Source: an uncultured Klebsiella sp.
GTDB lineage: Bacteria; Verrucomicrobiota; Verrucomicrobiia; Opitutales; UBA953
Direction of reading: 5' to 3'
Assembly (NCBI GenBank): GCA_964601955.1
Contig: CAZRPB010000001.1
Span: forward strand, 113-64,112
Length of the DNA stretch: 64,000 nt
The notes beneath the pieces are model-generated. The model searched no databases. It had not been told where the DNA came from and worked only from the letters and a program-made list of their open reading frames with translations. Below are positions 1 to 8,490 of the stretch, one piece after another. Position 1 is the first letter of the stretch, and every line of letters starts with the position of its first letter. Made by a program: the position numbers and the translations under genes.

Positions 1-20
1 AAGTTCGACCCTCCCAGCCC

Positions 21-1097
21 ATGCCGCAACCGTTCGACACGATCGAGGAGGCGCTCGCGGACATCGCCGCGGGACGCCTGATCATCGTCACGGACGACGA
101 GAACCGGGAGAACGAGGGCGACCTCGTGATGGCGGCCTCGAAGGCGACCCCTGAGACGGTGAACATGATGATCCGGCACGCCCGCGGGCTCATCTGCGTC
201 CCCACCGTCGAACCCCAGATGCGCCGGCTGGGCATCGCGCAGATGGTGCCCGACAACCGCGAGTCGATGCGCACGGCCTTCGCGGTCTCGGTCGACGCGG
301 CCGAGGGCGTCACCACCGGGATCAGCGCCTACGACCGCGCGCGGACGATCTCCATCCTGGCGGACCCCGCCGCACGCCCCGAGCAGCTCGTGCGGCCGGG
401 ACACATCTTCCCCCTGCTCGCCCGGCCGGGCGGCGTGCTGCAGCGGGCCGGGCACACCGAGGCCGCGGTCGACCTGGCGTCGCTGGCCGGCCTGCATCCC
501 AGCGGCGTCATCTGCGAGATCCTCAACGAGGACGGCTCGATGGCCCGCCTGCCCGAGCTCACGGAGATGAAGGCGAAGTTCGGCCTGCGCATGGTCTCCA
601 TCGCCCAGCTCATCGAATACCGGCTGCGTCGCGAGCGGCTGGTGGAGCTCGTCACCGAGACGCCCTTCCGTTGCGAGTGGGGCGAGTTCCGCCTGTGCGC
701 TTACCGCTCGCTCGCGGACGGACGCCAGCACCTCGCCTTCGTGCTCGGCGAACCCGGCGAGGGCCCGACCCTCGTGCGCGTGCAGCGCGAGAACCTCCTC
801 GGCGACCTCTTCCGCGGCGCCGAGTTCGGCGGCGGCCGGTCGTTGCGCGCGAGCTTCGAGGCCGTGGCCAAGGAGGGCCGTGGCGTGATCGTGCACGTGG
901 CCCAGCCCGCGGGAGGCCTGGAAGCGGACGCGGACGGCGTGCGGCTCGGCCGCATGGACGAGCGCGACTACGGCATCGGCGCCCAGATCCTCGCCCACCT
1001 CGGCGTGCGGCGCCTCCGCCTGATCACGAACAACCCGCGCAAAGTCGTGGGCCTCGGCGGACACGGCATCGAAATCGTCGAACAGGTGCCCTTCTGA
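21..1097 (+). CDS. ribB: 3,4-dihydroxy-2-butanone-4-phosphate synthase (RibB) fused to a degenerate GTP cyclohydrolase II-like domain
   Basis: The N-terminal half carries DHBP-synthase signatures (DDENRENEGDLVMAA, GHTEAAVDLA). The C-terminal ~150 aa align to GTP cyclohydrolase II (LITNNPRKV..IEIVEQVP), but the Zn-ligand Cys and catalytic motifs are substituted (see finding). Confidence 0.85.
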   Translation: MPQPFDTIEEALADIAAGRLIIVTDDENRENEGDLVMAASKATPETVNMMIRHARGLICVPTVEPQMRRLGIAQMVPDNRESMRTAFAVSVDAAEGVTTGISAYDRARTISILADPAARPEQLVRPGHIFPLLARPGGVLQRAGHTEAAVDLASLAGLHPSGVICEILNEDGSMARLPELTEMKAKFGLRMVSIAQLIEYRLRRERLVELVTETPFRCEWGEFRLCAYRSLADGRQHLAFVLGEPGEGPTLVRVQRENLLGDLFRGAEFGGGRSLRASFEAVAKEGRGVIVHVAQPAGGLEADADGVRLGRMDERDYGIGAQILAHLGVRRLRLITNNPRKVVGLGGHGIEIVEQVPF

Positions 1098-1167
1098 GGC
1101 CGTCCGGGGGTTTTCCGCTTGATGCAGCGGCCGGGCGGGGCTTCATCACCGTTCCGTTCTCCAGCAC

Positions 1168-1707
1168 ATGAGCCAGGACAAGCCCATCCCCGACGCCGTC
1201 GACGGTTCCGAGCTGCGTTTCGCGGTCGTGGCGGCCGGCTTCAACGGCGAACTGGTCGAGGCGCTCCTCCGCCGCGCGCAGAAGACCCTGCGCGCCGCGA
1301 AGGTGAAGGAGGACGCGATCCGCGTCGTCCGGGTGCCCGGCTCGGGCGAGATCCCCTACGCGGCCTACATGACCGCGATGACCGGAGATTACGACTGCGT
1401 CATCGCGCTCGGCGTCGTCATCGCGGGCGACACCCCGCACCACGAGATCATCGCGCACTCCACGGCCAAGGCGCTCCAGGACGTCTGCCTCCGCGCGGAG
1501 GTGCCCGTGATCAACGGCATCGTGGTCACCAACACGCGGGAGCAGGCCGAGGCCCGCTGCAAGGGCGAGCTCGACCGCGGCGCCGAATTCGCCCGGGCCG
1601 CGCTGAGCATGGCCCTGCACCGCATCGAGCTGGGCGAGCGCCTGGACCAAGTCGAGGACGAGGAACGCCGCCGACGTGAGGGCCAGGACCCCTTCGCCCA
1701 GAACTGA
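1168..1707 (+). CDS. ribH: 6,7-dimethyl-8-ribityllumazine synthase
   Basis: Lumazine synthase pattern (RVPGSGEIP, VIALGVVIAGDTPHHE, INGIVVT). It sits in the conserved position between ribB and nusB. Confidence 0.92.
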   Translation: MSQDKPIPDAVDGSELRFAVVAAGFNGELVEALLRRAQKTLRAAKVKEDAIRVVRVPGSGEIPYAAYMTAMTGDYDCVIALGVVIAGDTPHHEIIAHSTAKALQDVCLRAEVPVINGIVVTNTREQAEARCKGELDRGAEFARAALSMALHRIELGERLDQVEDEERRRREGQDPFAQN

Positions 1708-1708
1708 G

Positions 1709-2458
1709 ATGGAAGCCGACGCCTTCGGATCACCCCGGACCTCCCGCTCCGTCCGCCTGCGCATCGCCGGCGAGGACCACCGCACCGTGGACCAGGCGGC
1801 CGCGGACGTGGTGGCCACCGCCCGCGCCACCGGCTGCCGAGTCACGGGCCCGCTGCCGGAGCCCGCGCTGGACACCGCCGCCGGCCGGCGCCACCTGCGG
1901 CTCGTGATCGTGCATGAGCCCGGCCCGGGCACGCTGGGCGCCTTCCAGCGCCACACGCTGACGGCCGGCGTCGAGGTGAAGTTCGTGATGGCCGAGGAGA
2001 GGGCCGAGCGCGCCCCGGCGCAGGGCAGGCGCAACCGGCGTCACGAATCGCGCGTCGCCGCCATGCGCTTCCTGGTGAGCTGGGAAGTCCAGCGCCATCC
2101 CGACCTGGTCACGGGGCTGCACGACTTCTTCACCGAACAGCCGGAGAAGCGGGAGGAGTACGCCTTCGCGGAGGAGCTGATCCACGGCGTCATCCGCGAG
2201 GTGACGACGGTGGACGGCGTGATCGCCCGGCTCGCCAGCAACTGGTCCTTCGAGCGCATCGCCAAGGTGGACCTGGCGGTCCTGCGCCTCGGCGTGCACG
2301 AGCTGATGGGGCGCGAGGACATCCCCCCGGTCGTGAGCATCAACGAGGCGGTGGACATCGCGAAGGAATTCTCCACGGAGGAGTCGCGCCGCTTCGTGAA
2401 CGGCATCCTCGACCGCTACAAGGGCGAGCTGCCCCGCGACCCGCGGACCGCGGGCTGA
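1709..2458 (+). CDS. nusB: S10/NusE-like domain (loop-deleted) fused in frame to transcription antitermination factor NusB
   Basis: ATG 1709 lies 2 nt after the ribH stop. Residues ~14-93 align to ribosomal protein S10 without its long loop. Residues ~110-250 are a complete NusB (VDLAVLRLGVHEL, INEAVDIAKEF, RFVNGILD). There is no stop between the two parts. The track start at 1676 overlaps ribH and is less likely. An internal ATG at 1988 could also give stand-alone NusB. Confidence 0.8.
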   Translation: MEADAFGSPRTSRSVRLRIAGEDHRTVDQAAADVVATARATGCRVTGPLPEPALDTAAGRRHLRLVIVHEPGPGTLGAFQRHTLTAGVEVKFVMAEERAERAPAQGRRNRRHESRVAAMRFLVSWEVQRHPDLVTGLHDFFTEQPEKREEYAFAEELIHGVIREVTTVDGVIARLASNWSFERIAKVDLAVLRLGVHELMGREDIPPVVSINEAVDIAKEFSTEESRRFVNGILDRYKGELPRDPRTAG

Positions 2459-2462
2459 GCCG

Positions 2463-3368
2463 ATGGGCGGCTTCCTGGACCGTCTCCGTGCCGGACTCGG
2501 CCGCACCGCCGACGCGATCTCCAACCTGCTGTCACGCCCCATGGACGGGCGCGCCGCGGAGGAGCTCCGTGAGCGGCTGATCGCGGCGGACTTCGGACCG
2601 GAGACGGCGGACGAGGTGGTCGGCGCCGCGCAGGAAGCCTGGAAGTCCGAGGCGGCGCTGCGTGCGGCCGGACCGGCGGAAGCCGCCGCCGCCGCGCTTG
2701 AGCGCGCCCTCGGCGGACCGCCGCCGCCCCTCGCGCACCCGGCGCAGGGCCCGCTGGTGGTCATGCTGCTGGGCGTGAACGGCGCGGGCAAGACGACGAC
2801 CGCGGCCAAGCTCGCCGCGCGCTGGGCGGGCGAAGGCCGCACCTGCCTGCTCGGGGCTTGCGACACCTTCCGCGCGGCCGCGGGCGAGCAGCTCGCGGCC
2901 TGGGGGGCGCGCGTCGGCGCCGAGACAGTGGGCGGGGCGGCCGGCGCCGACCCGGCGGCGGTGGCGTTCGACGCCGTGCGCGCGGCCACGGCGCGGGGTC
3001 GCGACGTCGCGCTCCTCGACACGGCGGGACGCCTGCACACCAAGGCGCACCTGCTCGAGGAGCTGCGCAAGGTGGCGCGCGTCGCCGGCAAGGCGCTGCC
3101 CGGAGCGCCGCACGAGCGATGGCTGGTGCTGGACGGCTCGCTCGGCTCCAACTCGCTCGAGCAGGCCCGCGTCTTCCACGAGGCCGTCGGGCTCACCGGA
3201 CTGATCGTGACCAAGCTCGACGGCTCCGCGAAGGGCGGCGCGCTGGTCGCGGCCGTGCGGGAGCTGCGCGTGCCGGTCCGCTTCATCGGCCTGGGCGAAG
3301 GGGCGCAGGACCTTCAGCCCTTCGAGGCCCGGGCCTACGCGCGCGCGGCGGTCGGACTGGCGCCATAA
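2463..3368 (+). CDS. ftsY: signal recognition particle receptor FtsY (NG domain with short N-terminus)
   Basis: SRP-GTPase motifs are present: GVNGAGKTTT, DTAGR, TKLDGSAKGG and GLGEG..DLQPF. Confidence 0.9.
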   Translation: MGGFLDRLRAGLGRTADAISNLLSRPMDGRAAEELRERLIAADFGPETADEVVGAAQEAWKSEAALRAAGPAEAAAAALERALGGPPPPLAHPAQGPLVVMLLGVNGAGKTTTAAKLAARWAGEGRTCLLGACDTFRAAAGEQLAAWGARVGAETVGGAAGADPAAVAFDAVRAATARGRDVALLDTAGRLHTKAHLLEELRKVARVAGKALPGAPHERWLVLDGSLGSNSLEQARVFHEAVGLTGLIVTKLDGSAKGGALVAAVRELRVPVRFIGLGEGAQDLQPFEARAYARAAVGLAP

Positions 3369-3410
3369 GGCTTTCTTGCCTCCACCTCGGGCGCACGCCA
3401 GCGTGGAGGG

Positions 3411-4508
3411 ATGCCGGCCGAGACCGTCACCGTCGAACTGGGCAGCCGCTCCTACCCCGTGCGCATCGGCGCCGGCGTGCGACGCGAGGCGCTGGCCGCA
3501 GCCAAGGCGCGGGCGGACGCGGGCCGTCGTTGCGCGGCCGTGACCTCGCCGGCCGTGGCACGTGCGATGCCGGACCTGCTGGCGGAGCTCGGCCGCCTCA
3601 TGCCGGTGCTGGTGACGGCGAAGGACGGCGAGACCGCCAAGTCGGCCGAAGAGGTCGCGCGCTGCTGGGACTTCCTGGCCGGCAACGGCGTCGCGCGGGA
3701 CGGCGCGGTCTTCGCGCTCGGCGGCGGCGTCGTGGGCGACCTCGCCGGCTTCGCCGCGGCGTCCTACCAGCGCGGCGTCGAGTTCGTGCAGATGCCGACG
3801 ACGCTGCTGGCGATGGTCGACAGCTCGGTCGGCGGCAAGACGGGCATCAACCTCGCGGCCGGTAAGAACCTCGTGGGGGCCTTCCATCAGCCGACCGCGG
3901 TCTTCGCCGACACGGAGCTGCTGGGCACGCTGCCGGAGCGTGAGTTCGCCGCCGGCATGGCGGAGGTGATCAAGCACGGACTGATCGCGGACGCGGACCT
4001 CTTCGGCCTGCTGGAGCAGAACGCGCCGCTCTCCTGGAAGCATCCGCTCCTGCCCGCCGTGGTGCGCCGCTGCGTCGAGATCAAGGCGGCGGTCGTCGCG
4101 GGGGACGAGCGGGAGACGAGCGCCCAGGGCGGGCGGGCGCTGCTCAACCTCGGCCACACGTTCGGACACGCCGTCGAGGCGACGGCGGGATACGGCGCCT
4201 ACCTGCACGGCGAAGCGGTGGCGATCGGGCTGGCGATGGCGGCGTCGCTCTCCGCCGAGCTGGGCCGCTGCACCGCCGCCCAGGCGGAGCAGGTGCGTGC
4301 GGCGCTCACGGCGCACGGCCTGCCCGACCGGCTGCGTGAGCCGCTGCCGCTCGACCGCCTGCTCTCGGCCATGCGGCGCGACAAGAAGGTGCGCGGCGGC
4401 CGCATGCGGTTCGTGCTCATGGAGGGAATCGGCGGCGCCGCGACCAGCGACGACGTCGCCGAGGATTCGGCCGTGCGGGCGCTGCTTTCGGGCGGAGCGG
4501 CGCGCTGA
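3411..4508 (+). CDS. aroB: 3-dehydroquinate synthase
   Basis: Motifs GGGVVGDLAGFAA, MPTTLLAMVDSSVGGKTGIN and NLGHTFGHAVE are present. Length is typical at 365 aa. Confidence 0.9.
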   Translation: MPAETVTVELGSRSYPVRIGAGVRREALAAAKARADAGRRCAAVTSPAVARAMPDLLAELGRLMPVLVTAKDGETAKSAEEVARCWDFLAGNGVARDGAVFALGGGVVGDLAGFAAASYQRGVEFVQMPTTLLAMVDSSVGGKTGINLAAGKNLVGAFHQPTAVFADTELLGTLPEREFAAGMAEVIKHGLIADADLFGLLEQNAPLSWKHPLLPAVVRRCVEIKAAVVAGDERETSAQGGRALLNLGHTFGHAVEATAGYGAYLHGEAVAIGLAMAASLSAELGRCTAAQAEQVRAALTAHGLPDRLREPLPLDRLLSAMRRDKKVRGGRMRFVLMEGIGGAATSDDVAEDSAVRALLSGGAAR

Positions 4509-4549
4509 CCGCACCTTGACCCAGCATGGCCCTGGGTCATCCTCGCGTC

Positions 4550-5464
4550 ATGCCCCTGCGCCGCATCCTGCTTGCGTTCCTCTCCCTTTCCGCGGCCCTT
4601 GCCGCGGCGGAACCGGCCGCGCGCACGGAGTTCCGCAAGAGCGAGTCGGGCTACGTCCGGCACTGGCCGGGCGAGCTGCAGGTGGTGATCTCCGTCCCGC
4701 ACGACGGCGCCGCCAGGCCTGCGGAGATCGCCGACCGCAAGAGCGGGGTCATCGTGCGCGACACGCACGCCGCGGCGCTTGCGACCGCCATCCGGGACGC
4801 CATGCGCGCGCGTTTCGGCCGGGCCCCGCACCTCGTCGTCTGCGACCTCTCCCGCCGCAAGGTCGACTGCAACCGCGACATCAAGGAGGGCGCGCAGGGC
4901 GATCCCGCCGCCGAGAAGGTTTGGAAGGAATACCATGCGATGATCGACGAGGCCGAGCGCGAGGTCCTCGGACGCGTCCCGCACGGACTCTATCTCGACG
5001 TGCACTCCCACGGACACCCCAAGAAGCGCATGGAGCTGGGCTACCTGCTCACCGCCGAGGACCTGCGCCAGCCCGACGAGAAACTCGACCATGACCCGTC
5101 CTTCCGGCGCAAGTCCTCGATCCGCTGGCTCGCCGAGCGCACGCAGGCCGGCTTCTCCGAACTCGTGCGCGGCAAGAGCAGCATGGGCGGGCTCCTCGAG
5201 GAACGCGGCGTGGCGGCGGTGCCCTCGCACCTGCAGCGGCCGGAGAAGGAGGACCCCTACTTCAACGGCGCCTTCGACATCGCGGCGCACGGCTCACGCG
5301 ACAAGGCCCAGCTGGACGGGATCCAGTTCGAGGTGCCGGGACCGATGCGGGACACGGATGAGCATCGGGCGGCGACCGCGAAGGCGGTGGCCGAGGCGGT
5401 CGAGGTCTACTTCCGGACGCACTTCCGCACCGAGCTGCGCCCGAAGGACGCTCAGGGCCGCTGA
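4550..5464 (+). CDS. secreted N-formylglutamate amidohydrolase-family protein
   Basis: Signal-peptide-like MPLRRILLAFLSLSAALAAA is followed by an FGase-family pattern (ISVPHDG, VDCNRD, YLDVHSHG). ATG 4550 is preferred over the track start at 4526. Confidence 0.55.
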   Translation: MPLRRILLAFLSLSAALAAAEPAARTEFRKSESGYVRHWPGELQVVISVPHDGAARPAEIADRKSGVIVRDTHAAALATAIRDAMRARFGRAPHLVVCDLSRRKVDCNRDIKEGAQGDPAAEKVWKEYHAMIDEAEREVLGRVPHGLYLDVHSHGHPKKRMELGYLLTAEDLRQPDEKLDHDPSFRRKSSIRWLAERTQAGFSELVRGKSSMGGLLEERGVAAVPSHLQRPEKEDPYFNGAFDIAAHGSRDKAQLDGIQFEVPGPMRDTDEHRAATAKAVAEAVEVYFRTHFRTELRPKDAQGR

Positions 5465-5706
5465 AGGTCCGGCCCGGGGCCGACGGCGGGCCGTGCGCCG
5501 CGCCAGTCGCCCTTGATCAGCCGGTCGTCATTGCGCTGGTTGGCCGAACGGACGCGGTCCGCGTAGTCGCCCGAGGAGGACTCTCCGGACAGGGCCGCCG
5601 CGGCGGGCGTCTTCTCCGTGACGAACGATCCGTCGCCTTCGGGCGTGGCGCAGCCTGACAGCAGAGGCAGAAGGAGGAGGGGCAGCTTTTTCATGAAGAC
5701 TTTCAT
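5452..5706 (-). CDS. small lipoprotein, unknown function
   Basis: MKVFMKKLPLLLLPLLSGC is a signal peptide plus lipobox (LSGC). Its ATG overlaps the stop of the upstream mutase gene (ATGA). I recognise no homolog. Confidence 0.45.
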   Translation of the reverse strand: MKVFMKKLPLLLLPLLSGCATPEGDGSFVTEKTPAAAALSGESSSGDYADRVRSANQRNDDRLIKGDWRGARPAVGPGPDLQRP

Positions 5707-7664
5707 TTGGCGCGGCGACGGGCGTCGGCCTCGAGCCAGGCGCGCAGGGAGAGGGCGGACTTGCGGGCGCGCTCACGGGCGGCGGCCAGGTCGTCGGCGT
5801 CGGCGACCTCCGCGCGCGTGAAGGCGTAGAACTTCGCCTTGGGCTCGGTGCCGGAGGCGCGCACGGCGACGCGGCGGCCGTCGGCGAGGTCGATGACGAG
5901 GAATTCCTCCGGCGGCATGCGCTCGCCTTCGGCGTCGGTCACTTCGTCGCGTTCGTAATCCGTGACGCGGACCACCTTGGATCCGTCGACCGTGGCGGGC
6001 GGGGCTGAGCGCCAGGAGGCGACGAGCCGGCGGATGGCGGCGGCGCCCTCCGCGCCCTCGAAGGCGAGGTCCAGCCGGTCCTCGTGGTGGGCCCCGTGGC
6101 TGAGGTGCAGCGCGTCGAGCGCGTCCAGGAGCGTGCGGCCGCGCGAGCGGAGCACCGCGGCGTATTCGACGAGTAGGAGCACCGCGGCGTTGGCGTCCTT
6201 GTCACGCACGGCGTCGTCCGCCAGGTAACCGTAGCTCTCCTCGGCGCCGAACAGGAACAGGCAGGAATGGCGGAGCGCCAGGGGGGCGCGCCGGCGCAGG
6301 GGCAGGAGGGGCGCCTCAGGCCCGGCCTGCTCGGCGAGCTTGCGCGACCAGCGCTCGAGCTTGCGCGCGATCCACTTGAATCCGACCAGGGTCTCGACGC
6401 AGCGGACGCCGTGGCGGGCGCAGACGGCCGCGACGAGCGGGGTGGTGACGAGCGACTTCAGGACCGCGGCGTTGGGCGAACCCGAGGCGGGCAGCACGCC
6501 GGCGTCCTTGAGGGCGGAGATGCGGTATTCGGCCAGGAGGGCCGCGACCTCGTTGCCGTTGAGCAGGCGGTGTCCGCCCTCGGGCAGAGGCACCGCGGCG
6601 CCGACCCGGTCGGTGTCGGGGTCGGTGGCGAGGATGACGTCGGCGCCCTTCTCCGACGCCAGACGCAGGGCGAGCGTGAAGGCCGCCGCGCTCTCGGGAT
6701 TCGGGGAGGAGACCGTGGGGAAGGCGCCGTCGTGCTCGCGCTGCTCGTCGACCAGCAGAGGGTCGACGCCGAGACGACGGAGCGCCGGCTCGATCATGAC
6801 GTCACCGGTGCCGTGTAGGTTCGTGTAGACGACGCGCGGGGCGTGGCGGGCCAGCGCCTCGGGATCGACCGCGGCGTCGACGAGCCGGGCCAGGTAGGCC
6901 TCCTCGGCGTCGGGTCCGACCGTGAGGACCCCGCCGAGGTCCTTGTCCATGTAGTCGGCGACCTCGGCCGGACCCAGCCGGCCGACCTCCGCCACGATCG
7001 CGGCGTCCGCGGGCGGGGTCACCTGTCCGCCGTCGCCCAGGCAGCATTTGAAGCCGTTGTCATGACTGGGATTGTGGCTGGCGGTGATGACCACTCCGGC
7101 CTGCGCGCCCAGGTGGCGCACGGTGAAGCTGAGCTGCGGGGTCGAACGCGGGCCGGCGAAGAGATGGGCCTCGCCGCCGAGCCGCGTCCAGGCGGAGGCG
7201 ACCAGTTCGGCGAAGTGGCGGGAGAAGTGACGGACGTCGTGCGCCACGACGATCCTGGGCGAAGGATGGACGGCGGAGACGTGCCGGTACAGGCCGATGG
7301 CGGCGCGCAGGACATTGACGTCGTTGAGGCAGGCGGACCCGACCGCCGCGCGAACCGGCCTTCCCGCGGCGTCCAGCTCCCCCGCGGCCGGCACCCGGCC
7401 CACCGTGCGGCCGCGCATGCCGCCCGTGCCGAAGGCGATGCCCTTGTAGAAACGGTCCTCCAGCTCCCCCCAGCACCCCCTTGCGACCAGATCGTCCAGG
7501 GCGGTCATGGCCTCCGCGGGCAGGGCGCCGGATTCGAGCCAGCCGGTGACATTGACCAGGGCGGCGGGCGAAAGACTGCCGGACTTGGCGGCGGCCTTCA
7601 GGGCGGCGAGGGTGTCAGCGGCGCTCATCGGGGGTGGCATCCTTGGCCCCGGACGGACGGGCAC
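5703..7664 (-). CDS. alpha-D-phosphohexomutase family protein (phosphoglucomutase/phosphomannomutase, PgcA-like)
   Basis: Active-site loop ITASHNPSHDNGFK and metal-binding loop TDPDTDR are present. Length is 640-653 aa. The start is uncertain (7664 or ATG 7628). Confidence 0.85.
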   Translation of the reverse strand: MPVRPGPRMPPPMSAADTLAALKAAAKSGSLSPAALVNVTGWLESGALPAEAMTALDDLVARGCWGELEDRFYKGIAFGTGGMRGRTVGRVPAAGELDAAGRPVRAAVGSACLNDVNVLRAAIGLYRHVSAVHPSPRIVVAHDVRHFSRHFAELVASAWTRLGGEAHLFAGPRSTPQLSFTVRHLGAQAGVVITASHNPSHDNGFKCCLGDGGQVTPPADAAIVAEVGRLGPAEVADYMDKDLGGVLTVGPDAEEAYLARLVDAAVDPEALARHAPRVVYTNLHGTGDVMIEPALRRLGVDPLLVDEQREHDGAFPTVSSPNPESAAAFTLALRLASEKGADVILATDPDTDRVGAAVPLPEGGHRLLNGNEVAALLAEYRISALKDAGVLPASGSPNAAVLKSLVTTPLVAAVCARHGVRCVETLVGFKWIARKLERWSRKLAEQAGPEAPLLPLRRRAPLALRHSCLFLFGAEESYGYLADDAVRDKDANAAVLLLVEYAAVLRSRGRTLLDALDALHLSHGAHHEDRLDLAFEGAEGAAAIRRLVASWRSAPPATVDGSKVVRVTDYERDEVTDAEGERMPPEEFLVIDLADGRRVAVRASGTEPKAKFYAFTRAEVADADDLAAARERARKSALSLRAWLEADARRRAK

Positions 7665-7726
7665 AAGCCCGGAGCGGGGGAGGCGGGGATTGACACCCCT
7701 CCACCCCTCGCAAGCCTATCCCACCC

Positions 7727-8443
7727 ATGTCAGACGACAGCGCCAAGAAGCGGCCGCCGGCCGACGATGACCGCAACCTGGTCGTCGTGGACGATGATTT
7801 CGCCAACGCCGACGCCGAGGACCGGCTGTGGCTCTTCTGGGAGCGCAACAAGACCCTCATCGTGAGGGGGACCAGCCTCGTGATCCTGGGCATCCTGGCC
7901 GCCATCGGCCATCATTTCTGGCAACAGGCGCGGCGCGAGGAAGTCGGCGCCGAGTACGCCGCCTGTCAGGACGAGGCCGCGCGGCGCGCCTTCGCGGCGC
8001 GTCATGCCGGCGATCCGCTGGCCGCCGTCGCGCTGGCGGAAGTCGGCGACGACCTCAAGCGGGCCGGCAAGCTCGCCGAAGCAGCCAAGGCCTACGACGA
8101 GGCGGCCGTCGCCGCCGGCAAGGCCGGCGAGGCCCCCGCCGTGCGCGCGCTCGCCCTGCGCGCCCGCCTTTACGCCGGACTGACCCGCACGGAGCTCGGC
8201 GACAAGGGCGCCGAGGCCGCCGTCGCCGCCGTCGCCGACGAACCTTCCGCTCCCGAGACGCTGCGCGGCCTGGCCATGCTCAGCCTGGCCAACCTCGCCG
8301 TCGCGCGCGGCGATTCCGCCGAAGCGGCGAAGTGGCTCAACGCGATGGACCGGCGCCTGCGCCCGGACAACGTCTGGCAGCAGGACAAGGCCTTCCTCGT
8401 CCGCTCCGAGCCCTCGCTCACCGCCGCTCCCGCGGCCAAGTGA
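7727..8443 (+). CDS. membrane-anchored TPR-like protein (YfgM/TPR_21-like)
   Basis: An acidic N-tail is followed by one TM helix (LVILGILAAIGHHF) and an Ala-rich helical-repeat ectodomain. The functional call is weak. Confidence 0.4.
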   Translation: MSDDSAKKRPPADDDRNLVVVDDDFANADAEDRLWLFWERNKTLIVRGTSLVILGILAAIGHHFWQQARREEVGAEYAACQDEAARRAFAARHAGDPLAAVALAEVGDDLKRAGKLAEAAKAYDEAAVAAGKAGEAPAVRALALRARLYAGLTRTELGDKGAEAAVAAVADEPSAPETLRGLAMLSLANLAVARGDSAEAAKWLNAMDRRLRPDNVWQQDKAFLVRSEPSLTAAPAAK

Positions 8444-8490
8444 GACCTGCGGCGGTCTCAGGACGAGACGCAAGCAGCCGAACCACCGCC

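Noticed and set aside
1730-4514. Very long minus-strand ORFs (1730-3286, 518 aa; 2532-4514, 660 aa) opposite nusB, ftsY and aroB.
   Set aside because: The translations are Arg/Ala/Pro/Gly-rich low-complexity sequence with no recognisable motif. The plus-strand frames carry unambiguous NusB, FtsY and AroB signatures. These are typical shadow ORFs of GC-rich DNA.
7828-8490. Upstream extension of the ABC ATPase ORF (track start 7828), which would give a 549-aa protein.
   Set aside because: The extension is Arg/Gly/Pro-rich. It overlaps the well-formed TPR-like gene in another frame. The canonical ATPase N-terminus begins at ATG 8491.
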